A DNA stretch of 64,000 bases from Amoebophrya sp. A120. Its lineage: Eukaryota; Protista; Dinoflagellata. The stretch is from NCBI GenBank assembly GCA_905178155.1, contig CAJINV010000002.1, positions 6,788,743-6,852,742 of the forward strand. Direction: 5' to 3'. The translations under genes were made by a program, and so were the position numbers. The notes below the pieces were generated by a model. It ran no database searches, had not been told where the DNA came from, and was given only the letters and a program-made list of their open reading frames with translations. Of this stretch, positions 24,901 through 36,882 are shown in pieces (position 1 is the stretch's first letter; the number at the start of each line of letters is the position of its first letter).

Positions 24901-25640
24901 GGACAGCAGCAGTACAGGTTCGACCTTGCTTATTCAAGAAAAAAACACCATCACAATCACTTTTGCACACTTTTGCAATACAAAATTTTTTGTCATGCGC
25001 AAAAATGCATCACAGTCGAGAGTTATAGGCGACTTCCCTTTGTGTTTTTGCAATACAAGAAAAATTTGTCATGCGAGACAAATTTCTGATGCAAAACCTC
25101 CTAAATGTGATTGTGGTGGTGTTTTTTTCTTGGATATTGCTCATCCCGCAGAAGGCGCAGGAATTGCTTTACAAAGATTTCAATCCGAAGAAGTACACGA
25201 AAAAGCCGATTTTCAAAATGCTGGAGAGGGAAATGATCAACGTGCCATCGCGGTTAAGGAGAAAACTGGCGGAGCAGAACTTCTTGCAGCAGGAAAGCCC
25301 GGTGCAGGTGAACTACCCGGTTTTCCCTTTAGAATCGGGGTTCACGAATGGGAATAGTCACGGTTTTTTGAACAATCCGGGTGTTTTAGCGCCCGGTGGA
25401 GAGCCGACGTTCTACGGAGATCACACGGGGATCGAGGTGATAACACCGAAGTTCAAGTCCGGGCCGCAATTGCTGGTGGACGAGGAAATGACTTTAAAGG
25501 AGTGTCAGAAGGAAACTCCTCCTGTGGTTACAGGGACGGTGGTCGAAGGCGGCGTTGGTCAACAGCAGAAGAACAACCAGAATGCTCCTCCTGCACCTAT
25601 TCCAGAGACCGAGCAGACGGGGGTCGCCGGTGTGGAATAG
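21977..25640 (+). CDS. Hypothetical protein with Cys-rich N-terminal region, split by five TIR introns
   Basis: Continuous frame after removing 23296-23533, 23798-23921, 24033-24316, 24561-24866 and 24931-25136, each with one DR; the start may lie upstream. Confidence 0.8.
23296..23533. mobile_element. Introner-like TIR element, family B
   Basis: TATGGAGTTCTCAAATGTTACATTCTCA...TGAGAACGCCATA; DR TGGAA/TAGAA. Confidence 0.92.
23798..23921. mobile_element. Introner-like TIR element, family F (short)
   Basis: TATCCACCGAAAAAGACCCTTCCACATCC...GGATGTGGATGGGTTTTTTTCTGTGGATA; DR TCTCC/TTTCC. Confidence 0.9.
24033..24316. mobile_element. Introner-like TIR element, family A
   Basis: TATCCTTTGTAAAAACGT...ACGTTTTTACATAGGATA; perfect DR CCCGA. 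Confidence 0.92.
24561..24866. mobile_element. Introner-like TIR element, family C
   Basis: TATGGGAGTGTCAGAATCGAAAT...ATTTCGATCCTGACACATCCATA; DR CTGGC/CCGGC. Confidence 0.92.
24931..25136. mobile_element. Introner-like TIR element (F-related ends)
   Basis: TATTCAAGAAAAAAACACCATCACAATCAC...GTGATTGTGGTGGTGTTTTTTTCTTGGATA; perfect DR TTGCT. Confidence 0.92.
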
Positions 25641-26966
25641 AAAAAAAACGCAGGTACTGCAACATCTAATTCTGGACAGGCGCAAGAGCCTGCTCTGAAG
25701 AACGACAGCCTAGGTTTTGATTTAGCTGCTGTAGCTACGGAGATTGCTCTTCATTAATTTCTCGGCGAATAGCCCTCTCAAAAAATGCTCCTAATCGGCA
25801 GCATGAGCATGACTAAGTAAGACGCCAGAAAAATAATGATCCCTTCGTCGTCAACAATTTATTATTGCGCTTGCGCCAACGTATCCTCGATTTGATTGCA
25901 GAACTTTTTTTTTGTGGTTTTCTTGAAAGATTAAATTGCAGACGGAGTGCTAGAAAAATGAACCTATGTAGAAACCTGCTTCCCAGGTGAGAGAGCGTTT
26001 CGGTTTTATTTGTTCTGTGTTGATGATGTTTCTGGAATCTGTTTGCCCACGTAAACGTAAAATAGCGAACGAAAAAAATTGCATCAACATCGACAGCGGA
26101 GCTGTGATACTTAAGCATAAGTGCAGAGGCAGTACTATCTTTGCACCCACTTGTGTTCTATCTTCATAGATCATGTACGTAGTGTTTACTATTCTGGCCA
26201 TGTGCAATAATAACAAAGTCAAGGAATCGGTCGTCTTTTTTTTGAAGCAAAACGGGGCACATTCGCAGTGGGAGTAAGAACTTGAAAGTCGTCCCAATCC
26301 CTTCGGTATGTTGTTTTGGTCAGAACAAAATGAAAATTTCACAGGCCGCTTCATTGTACCCCATTTGATGTAACTAAGTAGCAAATCTATCACAACCTCC
26401 CCACCTTCGATTGTTCAGACGCGATTTTTAAGAAGTATCCCATCTATACGACCTTTCTTGCGTTTCGGTTTCTTTTACTTGCTTCTCACCTAGGTGGACA
26501 CAAAGACAAAGGGCTAGGCCGTTCCGCTTTCGGGCCTAGTACCTTCGCCTACGTATTGTTTAGATTTATTTTTCTCGAAATTTATCTTTCCAAACTCACT
26601 TCGTATAGAATGATTTCTTGAAAAGAAAAGTTACAAGTGGATACAGTCAGAGATACGAAAACTCGCCTCCTATAGTAATTTTTATGATAGTAGCAGTGCG
26701 AGAATCCTTATCTTGTGAATGACAAACGCGCATCAAAAGGGTCAAAAAGGCAATATAATCTTCTACTGATAGGCCGATTTTTTCCCCCTCGACAACGTCA
26801 ATCTGGACGCAACCCCTGACTCTGTGTAATTTTTTTAATTTTCTTTGAATAAATATAAATTTTTCATCCCCACCTCTCTCCCAACTTCTAATTTCGGCTT
26901 TTCCTGCACCGCCGTTCTCGTTCTGACTGGAGAGTCCACTGCCTATTAAACAACGACCTTTCCAAG

Positions 26967-29900
26967 ATGATGACCCCCTCGGGCGATTCCCTATGCCGCA
27001 AGCCTTTTATGGTGACAATCAGCGGGAACAATCTCGCCGCGCAGGCACCGCCGAGTGACCGCGAGGGAGAGAAGTCGCCATCGGAATCCGGCGGAAACCA
27101 GAATCATAACATGCAAAACAAGCAGCAGGTTCCGAGCAACCCGGACTTCCTCCTCCTGGAGTCCCGCCGGTCCTCATTCGAGAATGAGGTCAGCTGTCGG
27201 TCGTCGCCCATGCACTCCGTGGGCCATTCGCTGTTCCAGAAAGCCCCGTCACCAACCGCACTTGCGAACGAGATCAACACTGGGGGGCGGAACAGTCCGA
27301 ACTTGGTCCAACAACAGGGCGGTGGAGCTAATTCTACCGGGGATGACCAGGCGGATCAGAGCACGAGTAACTACTTGATGCAGAACACGGTGTCGCAGAC
27401 CTCGAACAACAAGGCTCCGTCGAGTAACGACAGCACGGTGGACGATCTGCAGGAGCAGTTGCACTTTATGGGCCCCTTGGTGACCTACGCGTACTCCGGG
27501 GATTGTAACAAAGTGGTGAACATATTGGAACAGCGAGCGAACGTGAACATGTGCACGCCCTTGGACAAGAGGACGGCGCTGCACTACGCAGCGGCGGCGG
27601 GAAGTACTTGATATACGTGATTATTTTCCTGTTGATTTATGGGTTTCATTGAGTGGATCTGCTGGATTCCTCCAGGTGTGAAGTTTCTAGAGGACGTGTT
27701 AGTTAAGTACTGCTCGCATAATTTATTGCGTGCTTCTGGCATGTCTATGTCTATCTTTGTTATTTTTCCACAACTATACCTCCAGGTCTCGACGTTGTGA
27801 AACTTCTGATCGAGGAATATGGTGCGAAATCGAAGCCCGACCGCTTTGGCATGCTGCCCATCCACGAGGCGGAAAGACACCCCGACGTGCGGGTATCCAG
27901 GAAAGAACACCCATCCCCATCCATTTTTTGCATGACAAATAGTGGCTTTTATGCATGTTTTGCATGACAAATACAAATTGGATGGGGATGGGGGTTTTTT
28001 CCTGGATAGCGGGCTTACCTACACGACGTGGAGTCGGTCGAGCTCCTTTCGGATAAAATGAAGGACAAAAACATGCCGATCTTTTCCCCCCCGCAGACTA
28101 TCCAACCGGGAATCTCCGTGTTCCTCCCGGCGATGGGCGATCTGCAGCGGTTGAAGGCGAAAGTGTTCCAACTCTGCACCCGAATGTCCGACTTTTCGTA
28201 CTACGTCGTCGCGCAGGAAGTGGACTACTTCTTCAACGTTTTGGGGTTGCACCAAATGTACTTCGCCCACTTCACCGCGGCACAGATCGCGAACCACATC
28301 TCCGTTTTGCTATCTTCGAAGAAGGTGAGTAAGGCCGCGGGCAGTGAGGACGTATCTTTTGCGTTGGAGAACGTGGATAAGGCGTTTTACTTGTCCTCGC
28401 TGGGAACACCGGAAACCCAGATGAACGTGTACCACCAGGTGTGTGTATCCACAGTGTGAATTTTTTCCGGCATACGAATACATCAAATGCGGTTCCTGCA
28501 TGACAAAGCTTTCCGATGGTGATCCTATTCAGCATGACAACAAGTGGCGTGCTTTTTCAAATTGACGAATAATCTTGTCCTTGTGCTCAACATGCATTTT
28601 GTACGTCGTGCGCGGGAATGAACTTGTATTGCATATTGAAACTACATCCTCTACAAGGACCGGGACACGCTGGAAAGGAGGAAAAACTCCGAGCACATCA
28701 ACCAACAGGACGAGAGGTTCCAGAAGCAAAATCTCTACGGGAAGTACGGGCCGTTGGATAAGAGAATCGAGCAGGACAAGAACAAATTCAACGCGGACGG
28801 GCAGCTATTAAGACAAGGATTTTCCGTCATGTACATGGCCAGCGACAACCCAGCTTTCCAAGATTCTAAGAACAAGGACAATATTCTCCGTCTCTTCATC
28901 GTCGACCGATTCTCCTTCGACAAACAGGTCTCCGAGGACGAGACGGATTTGCAGATGGTTGCGACGCCAAGGTTTTTGAGAACAAAATCCGAATACGCCT
29001 TGTCCCGCTACCAGCTGTTACTCGATCAGGTCGTCGTATCCAGGAAAAAAACTGTGTTAGTGTAGGTTTTTTGGGAAAACAGCATCACAAGTTTGTCTGC
29101 CATGACAGGAAAAACTTGTCATGCGCAGATAGGACGGGAAAACACGTAGGAACAAACGAGCCTATCATGCATGTGGAGCATGACAAGCGTAACCGTTTTG
29201 CATTTTCTGCATTACAGAGTTACACTACTTACACAGTTTTTTTCTTGCATACGTCGCGAGCAAAAACGCGGTCGTGACGAGCAACACGGGGGAGATGTAC
29301 CCGCTGGATGGGAATGGATACGTGGTGCAGTTTATGCACTGCAAAAGTAACGTACTAGTATAAATTGCATTACAAATTTTGGCAAGATGAAAAGTCGAAT
29401 TTGTAATGCTGTTTTACCTTAGATGGGAGATTTCGATTTGTCATGCATGTTTGCAATTAGTACGAGTGCGATACTTTTGCACAGGATACAGTTTGCGACG
29501 GCCGAATCGTCGCGAAATTTCTACCTCCACGAGATCGCGCAGTGCTTCCACTTCTTACAAGTGAATCCGAAGAGGTTTTACATCGAGTCCTTCGCCAACG
29601 GGGTGGTCACCTACACGTATTTTTTCACGAATACTAATGCGACTGCGGAGCAGATTGGGCGGTTGACAGACGTTTTGAAGTACATCACGCATTTGAAGAT
29701 GACGCCAAATCGGAGTGGTTTGGTTTGGAACTGCGTCCTGAACGGGTATCTATCCCCCGAGAACATGACGTACGTCCTCGCGCTGGTCAAATTCGCGCAC
29801 GCGTTCTTCCCGCGGGAGCAGCTGTACCCCCAGTTTGCGGAGCTCAAGTCGCAGCTGTCGTTTCACGCGGAGTCGCAGAACAAATTCGAGGAGCTGTACA

Positions 29901-32900
29901 AGAAGGCACTGTTGGAGATCTTAACGCCGGAAAGAATTTACGTGTGTGCAGTGAAGCATGTGCAGGTACTTACTTACTTCCGAACAGAATTTTCGTTTTT
30001 TCGTTTTCCAAAAGATAAAAAAAGTATGGTGCACGACTTTGCATGAAGATTCCAAACGCATAAAAAGTTTACCAAGCACACCGATGTGATCATGAGCTCT
30101 ATCAAAAAATACTTTTAGGTTCTCGCCGCTCTTTTCGACGATTTCGAAAAAATCGCCACCGGCAAACGCAAGCCCTTCTTCAACGAGGAGCTCTTCGAGA
30201 ACCACTGCGGCATGCTCCCCGAGGACGAGCGGCTGGTGATGCGAACCTTTTGTCTGTTCAACGAAGCTTTACGGGTGACGAACTTCTTCAAGAAGAACGG
30301 CATTCCCGGCGCGATGGCGTTTCGGTTTGATCCAAGCTTTTTGGTTTCTAACCGGGGCCCGGATCTGTACCCCGAAGTGCCCTACGGCATTTACATGATT
30401 GTTGGCCGCACCTTCTTTGGTTGGCACGTGCGGTTCCGGGAGATCGCGAGAGGGGGGATCAGATGCGTGAAATCGCCGTCGAAGGAGGCGTACACGAGGA
30501 ACGCGGCGAGCTTGTTCGACGAGACCTACAATCTCGCCTACACCCAGCAAAGGAAGAACAAGGACATCCCGGAGGGGGGATCCAAGGGGACCATTCTGCT
30601 GGACTCCATCAATCAGGACTCCGCGAAGGACGCTTTTTTGAAGTACGTGGACGCTTTGTTGGACATCATGCAGGGGACCATGGAGCAGACTTCGAACTTA
30701 AACAGTGGCGCTAGTCCGGCTAGTACAACATCAGTGAGTAACAACAAACAAAACAAAACCAGAACCCCCCTGACGCCCTCTTCCTCAAAAAGCAAAAACT
30801 TTTCCGGCATTTTTTCCCATCTCCCGAACAACCAGCCAGAAACGCTATTTTTCGGCCCCGATGAGAACACGGCTGACTTCATGAAGCTGGGCGCCTTACG
30901 TGCGAAGGAAAGGCGCTACCCCTTCGCGATGGCGCTGACGACCGGGAAACCGCAGGAGCTGGGCGGCGTCCCACACGACTTGTACGGGATCACGACCACG
31001 GGCGTGCACGAGTACGTGCTGTGTCTGCTGAAAGAGTTGAACATCGAGGAGTCGTCGATCACGAAATTCCAGACCGGCGGCCCGGACGGGGATTTGGGCA
31101 GCAACGAGATTCTGATCAGTAAGGACAAGACCGTCGCGATCGTGGACGGTTTATCCACATAAAAAAACCCATCCCCATCCAATTTGTCATGCAAAACATA
31201 CATGAAGTCCAGTGTTTGTCGTGCAAAAAATGGATGTGGATGGGTTTTTTTCTGTGGATACGGTTCCGGCGTCGCCTACGACCCAAATGGGTTGGACCGC
31301 ACGGAACTCGTCCGGTTGGCGAAGCTGAGGAAACCGATCGCGAACTTCAACAAGCAGTTACTGTCGTCGAACAACGCTGGAGGTGCAGCTGGGACGAGCA
31401 ATAATTCCGCGAATACCCCGGACGGGTCGGCTTCGGTTGTTTCTGTGGAGCGGAACGTCTCCAACCAGTATTCCGGTTTCGTGTACTCCGTCGACGACAG
31501 CAATATCACCCTGCCCGACGGCAGCACGTACAGAAACGGGGCCGATTTGCGGAACGCTTTCCCTTATCAAATGCAAAAATGTCTGGGTCTGGAAACTTGT
31601 GATGTTTGTTGGGTGGCGTATCGTGAGGAGGCCACAAATGCTGGCTCAGCATGATAAGTTTCTGAGCTTCTAGGTGTTGCCTATTCTGCATTACAAACTG
31701 CGTTTCTGCATGACAGAAAAGTGGCGCTCTTGGGTAACGTGCGTGCCAGATGTGAGAGTCATGCCAGACAAGCATGACAAACATGCACTCTTCCAGACCC
31801 AGACATTTTTACAGTTGATATCCCTTTAACGACCTTCGCCCACGCGGATCTGTTTGTCCCCTGCGGGGGCCGCCCGGCGACGATCTCCATGTCGAACGTG
31901 AAGCAGTTGAAGCGGGAAACCGACGGCGCGATGCAGTGGAAGTTCGTCGTCGAGGGGGCGAACTTGTTCTTCACGGACCCGGCGCGGCTGTGGCTGGAGA
32001 AGCACGGGGTGATTCTGTTCAAAGATGCGAGTGCGAATATCCCACGAAAAAACTGTTTCACTGTGATGATTTTGCAAGATCTGCATCACAAGTTTGTTAC
32101 ACATGACAGAGAAAACCTGGCATGCGTGCTTCCTAAGGGAAAACACAGCTAAAAATCCAATGTCTTGCATGTGTAGCAAGACAAACACACTTGCGCTCCG
32201 TTCTATGCATCACAAGTTTACAGTGAAGCAGTTTTTTCTTGCGATAGCGAACAAGGGAGGGGTGACGAGCAGCAGTCTGGAAGTTTTCGCGGCGCTCGCC
32301 ATGGACCCGCAAACCCACGACACGCACATGACAGTGAAACCGCTGGAACCGCCGCCGGTGATGTACACGAAGTATGTGCAGGAAATCATCTCCCGGATCA
32401 AGGACAACTGCAAAAAGGAGTTCTACTGCATCTGGAACCACACGAAAATCGTAACTACCGGAGGTAATAACTCGAAATCCAACTCCGATTCCGAGGGCGC
32501 GACCGCGGCAAATCTCCACAACGCCGTGAACATGAAGACCTGGGGCAGCACCGGCGGGTCCGGGACGACGTACAATAAATCACCGACAGCCGTTTCAGGT
32601 CTGCCGGCTTCATCTCAGGTGAACAACTATTTGATCCCGCTTACCTCCCCGACAAGCAACAGCGCGTTGACCTCTTTCGCCAACCAGTACCAGCAGCAAC
32701 ATCTCCCCTTCACCGAGGCGAATTCCCGGACGAAACTGACCGCGGAACTCTCCACCGCGATCACCGGGATTCATGATTCCTTGATGCTGAACTTGGATTT
32801 AGACGACCCGAACTCCACGGATATTGCGCTGGTGAACTACGTGTTAACCAAGGCGATTCCGAAACTGTTGCTGGAAAAGATTGGGCTGGATCAGATGGTC

Positions 32901-33143
32901 CAAAGGTGTCCGCAGGCGTATTTGAAAGCGATGTGTGCGGCGTACATCGCGAGTTCGTACGTGTACAACACGGGACTAGCGAACAACACGCCCTACGCCT
33001 TCCATCAGTACATGCTCAAGCTGCAGAAAGAAGCGGACCAGGCGATCTTGATTTCGCCGGAGCTGTCGCACAATTCGTTCGGCAGTGGCTTTAGCGAGAA
33101 GGTGGGGTTTGGGAAGACGGCGTTAGACGCAGTGAAGTTTTAG
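26967..33143 (+). CDS. GDH2: Large NAD-specific glutamate dehydrogenase (GDH2 type) with N-terminal ankyrin repeats
   Basis: Motifs HVRFREIARGGIR, TQQRKNKDIPEGGSKG, FFGPDENTA, QTGGPDGDLGSNE, IVDGSG, DLFVPCGGRP, VEGANLF and KDASANKGGVTSSSLEV; IVDGSG and KDASANKGG appear only after element removal. GT-AG introns 27604-27785 and 29966-30118, plus seven TIR introns. Confidence 0.95.
27894..28008. mobile_element. Introner-like TIR element, family F
   Basis: TATCCAGGAAAG..CCCATCCCCATCCA...TGGATGGGGATGGG..TTTCCTGGATA; perfect DR GCGGG. Confidence 0.92.
28446..28635. mobile_element. Degenerate TAT...ATA intronic element
   Basis: Interrupts the GDH frame; weak terminal complementarity; two GCATGACAA motifs; DR not recognisable. 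Confidence 0.5.
29037..29251. mobile_element. Introner-like TIR element, family G
   Basis: TATCCAGGAAAAAAACTGTGT...ACACAGTTTTTTTCTTGCATA; perfect DR CGTCG. Confidence 0.9.
29333..29488. mobile_element. Introner-like TIR element, family E
   Basis: TATGCACTGCAAAAGTA...TACTTTTGCACAGGATA; perfect DR CAGTT; similar to 57568-57717. Confidence 0.9.
31152..31260. mobile_element. Introner-like TIR element, family F
   Basis: TATCCACATAAAAAAACCCATCC...GGATGGGTTTTTTTCTGTGGATA; perfect DR CGGTT; removal restores IVDGSGVAYDPNG. Confidence 0.94.
31565..31820. mobile_element. Introner-like TIR element, family D
   Basis: TATCAAATGCAAAAATGTCTGGGTCTGGAA...TTCCAGACCCAGACATTTTTACAGTTGATA; perfect DR TCCCT. Confidence 0.93.
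32038..32246. mobile_element. Introner-like TIR element, family G
   Basis: TATCCCACGAAAAAACTGTTTCACTGT...ACAGTGAAGCAGTTTTTTCTTGCGATA; perfect DR GCGAA; removal restores KDASANKGGV. Confidence 0.94.
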
Positions 33144-34643
33144 ACGAGGTGGACAGCCGATGGGTAGTTTCGATACTTAACTTCTGGACAGCAAAGGGCG
33201 AGGCTCATCGTCGCTGTTGTATCGTAGTCACGTTTATCTATTTGGTTCTTAGAAAAAGAACGCATGTAATTAGAGTTGTTGTCGAAATTCCAATACGGTT
33301 ACGGTTTCCAACCTTAAGAAAAATACCTTACACGACTTTTTTGTCAGCGTAGTCACATTGATTCGGCGAAAGAGAAAAAAACAGAAAGCGGAAGTGACCA
33401 CGCAAGAACGACAGGATCAATGAATAACACCACCCCAGACGTCTTTCGTTACGTCGATTCTTAGTGGGAAACAATTTTACTGATACTCTGGGCTTCATGT
33501 TGTCTACGCGTGTACTAAAATATTTCACAAAACGCAGGTAAATCCAGTGTCAGCATCATGATCGTAACACTAGTTACTTGCGACTTGGGCTTTACGAAAT
33601 CCACGATGAAATTACACTCTTTCCTTTCGCCGTGTAAATAAAAGACCTATTACTCATGTATGATTTTTTCAAGCCGTTATCGCAACGCATCGACCAATGT
33701 GAAAAAATGCGAGAAAGTTTCTAATGATTATGTCTCCTCTTCTACCACTCCAGGTTCAGTGTAAAATAGCCAGAAAGAACAGCACAACTATACGCAAAGT
33801 CATAGCATAAGCACAGGGCGCACCACCACAACAGCCTTTTTTTTCACGGTGCCCGTCTGGAGGGACGTTTATTTTTTTCTCTCCTGTAAGGAGACGGGTC
33901 ATTTAGTTACTTCACCTATTAATAGTTCGTCTAGTTGCAGCAGAGATGACTGCTGTTTAGTGCAGTGAAAGCAATACCATCACGTGGTTGATTAGTTTAA
34001 AGATTCCAGCGAACAGTAATCACGACGAAATTCCTACTCTTTGTTGTGGTTAGCAACTGTTGCCAAACCCAAACCATTGTCATTGATATATACCTGAAAA
34101 ATGGGGAAGGACAAAAATGGACAACGACAAAGTAGTTTTGTTTCGTATTTGTTTTTTCAATACGCAAATCAAATCGCGGTCAACATGTGGGAATGAGAAT
34201 GTACATAATTAGACAATCTTGATCAGACCAAAACCCTTGTCGTTCTTGTCCGCTGTGACGCGGTCTTTTCGAGCCTGGTTCCTGCCCTGTTCGTTCCAGT
34301 AACAAACGCTACCCGTAAACTGATCTTTCTTGGATGTGTGTTTTCTTGTCACGAGCGTCAGGGAGTGGGGTCTGGGAAGATGATTCAGCATGAGCTGAGT
34401 GCGACAGGTGAGAGCTCAGGAAGCGGATGTGATGAGACAGCACGACGGACGTTGCGCGAGGTGGATCGTGCTGGACTGGTGTAGCTTTCGGCGTCACCGC
34501 TTCAGCTCGCGGCACGCTGCCGCCTGTGGAAGATGGCCAGCAGATGCGCACGCATATAATCGTTAGCTTCAACGAGAACGGGCGGCCCTGTGCATTTCGC
34601 GCGCCTCGGCAGCCGCATCAACCGCGACCGCCTCGGCGCTCCG

Positions 34644-35374
34644 TGTGTAATTCGGCGCGCGATGTCGCTAGCGGCCAGGGGGGCACGGCGGGCCAGCCAC
34701 GCCATGAGGGACCCTGACGAAGCAAGAGAAGAAAGGCAAGAAACGACCAGGCGGGCGACCCTGGGGAGCCGACTAAGCCGAGTCCACCAAGGAGCCCGGT
34801 TCCGTAGCACAAAACTACTACCAAGCCCACTCCGGCACCGGAACGGCGCAGAAGAGGTCGGAGCTGGCGAGCTCGCCCTTAATTTCTCTCCGCGGCCATA
34901 GATAGACCCTCCAGCCGACGGACCCCGGGCGGCGTGGGCTGCTAGCTCTCCGCGCTCTTCCATTTCCCCGCGGCCGTGGTGTGCGCGGTTTGGGCGCAGA
35001 GGTTAGCTCGGCCGTGTGTCCGGCCTGCCCGCCGGCCGGCCGCACGTTCGGACGGACCGGCGGCGCGCGGGCGCCCTCCCTCAAGTTGCGGCCCCGGGCC
35101 GTCCCTCGGCGCCGGGGGGGCCGGCGGGCCTCTCTCGTCTGGCAGGGCCGCCCAGCCGGTGTTGCTTGTTTCGCCTTGTTGACTTTGGCGGGCCGGCGGC
35201 GCCGCCCGCCCTGGGGCCGGCGGGCTCCTTGTGTTGCACGCCCCTCCCCTGCTCATGCATTTGACATCTGGCGCGCGCTCCTCAGTTTGGTGTTATTGTT
35301 TTGCCAAAACTTGCTGTGGCCGCAGCTGCTTGAGGAACGTACTTAGGTGTCAGTCGCGCGCGCTCAGATTACAC
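34644..35374. mobile_element. Putative intergenic GC-rich inverted-repeat element
   Basis: Very GC-rich core bounded by the imperfect IR TGTGTAATTCGGCGCGCGA / TCGCGCGCGCTCAGATTACACA. Confidence 0.45.
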
Positions 35375-35958
35375 ATCGACTCGGTGTGGCGGCACACCTT
35401 GTGTGTGTGAGTGTGGTCTATTTACCACGAGCGGAGGACTCCTTTTGGTTATGATTCCATGTCTTCTAACCGCTTGGCAGTATTGTGATGACCTCGCGTG
35501 GGTGGTTCGGCCGATGGCGATGAGCGCATGCAAAAAGAATGCGCCTCGCCCCAGGCCTTGTTCGGCGCGCTTTCTTTTGATCGTCGAAGTGTGTCTGTCG
35601 TAGTGCATTTAATCTTTTCAACACGAACACTCAGATGAAAAGAGTAAGTGCGAGGAGTGCTTTCACCTGCTAGACACGAGGGACGGAGTGTTGCGAGAGG
35701 CAGACACTGTGTGAGCATTTAGGTCGACTTCTTCTTCGTTGCGATAGCGCAGCCGCAGGCGAAATCTCGTGTGCGAAATTTGTTTCGATTTTCGTGAACC
35801 GTACTAACAAGCGAAGGCAAGAATCAAAATCATGTGACATCAATTCAGTTTCAAAACCAAACCTTATGCGATAGAAAATGTCGACCAGGACCAGCAAGGG
35901 TGCGCCTGATGCTGATCATGGGAGACATTAAAAAACAAGAAGCTTCTAAACGAAGACC

Positions 35959-36882
35959 ATGGAGTCCGTAGTTGCGATGAAGCTCGGTGGAAGACCCAGC
36001 TGTGGCATTATTGGTCTGGTCGCGTTTTTTGCTCCTTTGATCGCACACGCGGAACAACATCTGCGCGGACATCAAGGCTTCGCGGAGGCAGATGCAGCGC
36101 CGGCAGCAGCAGTTCCTGAACCCACAGAGGCGAATGCTGGTGCTGCTACAACGAGCACCAGCAGCGGCGCACCCAGTTCCAGAGATGACGATCCCGGCGA
36201 CGATTCTCCAAGAAAATATGATCTGAAGAATATTGGTATAATTTACATTATTTGCTTGCTTTTGCCGACCCGTACAACGAACTTTGGTTGCGAGCCTCTT
36301 CGAATGTTCGTACAAGAGTAGAATTATTGGTGAAGCCGTCTAAAAAATCCTACTCCAGGTTTGCGGGAAGATGGCCTCAGCGACGCGGAGATCGAGGCGA
36401 TGCAGACCATCGTGGACCGAAGCGACGGCGACGTAGACGCCGCGACGGTGGCCTACGAGTCCGGGTGTGTCACCGCTTTTGTTGGGTTCGACGTCAACAA
36501 GGACACGTACGTGGACGGGAATGAGTGTCCGTGTCTGTTCGAAAGTGCTGGTGACCACACGGCACTGACGGGGCAAGACCAAGAAGCAGTTACGTCTGGG
36601 CATGACGGAGGACCGCAAGGGGAGCAACGACCGGATTCTCCTTCATCAACGGGGGTTGCAAGAAGTGCAACCACGTCGCACGACGCGGAGGACATCCTCG
36701 GCTTCATGCCGTTTTGTGTGGACCAGATGTTGCGTCTGCAACAAGGAACGGCTGCGGATGAAACGGGCGGGGCATCTGTCGAAGTCGGTGTCACCGCTAC
36801 CGGACAAACACGGATCAGCACTTCCACGGAAAGGGGGGACAGGGTGGGGAATGTCAACATTTGCAAGTGGTGCCCCAAGTGA
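35959..36882 (+). CDS. Putative secreted protein with EF-hand-like loop
   Basis: Signal-like GIIGLVAFFAPLIAHA; GT-AG intron 36236-36358 joins in frame; FDVNKDTYVDGNE fits the EF-hand loop pattern; 3' end uncertain. Confidence 0.62.

Noticed and set aside
26967-33143. GDH as a transposon-disrupted pseudogene
   Set aside because: Clean element-plus-DR removal restores frame and catalytic motifs at six sites; multiple independent clean insertions fit spliced introns better.
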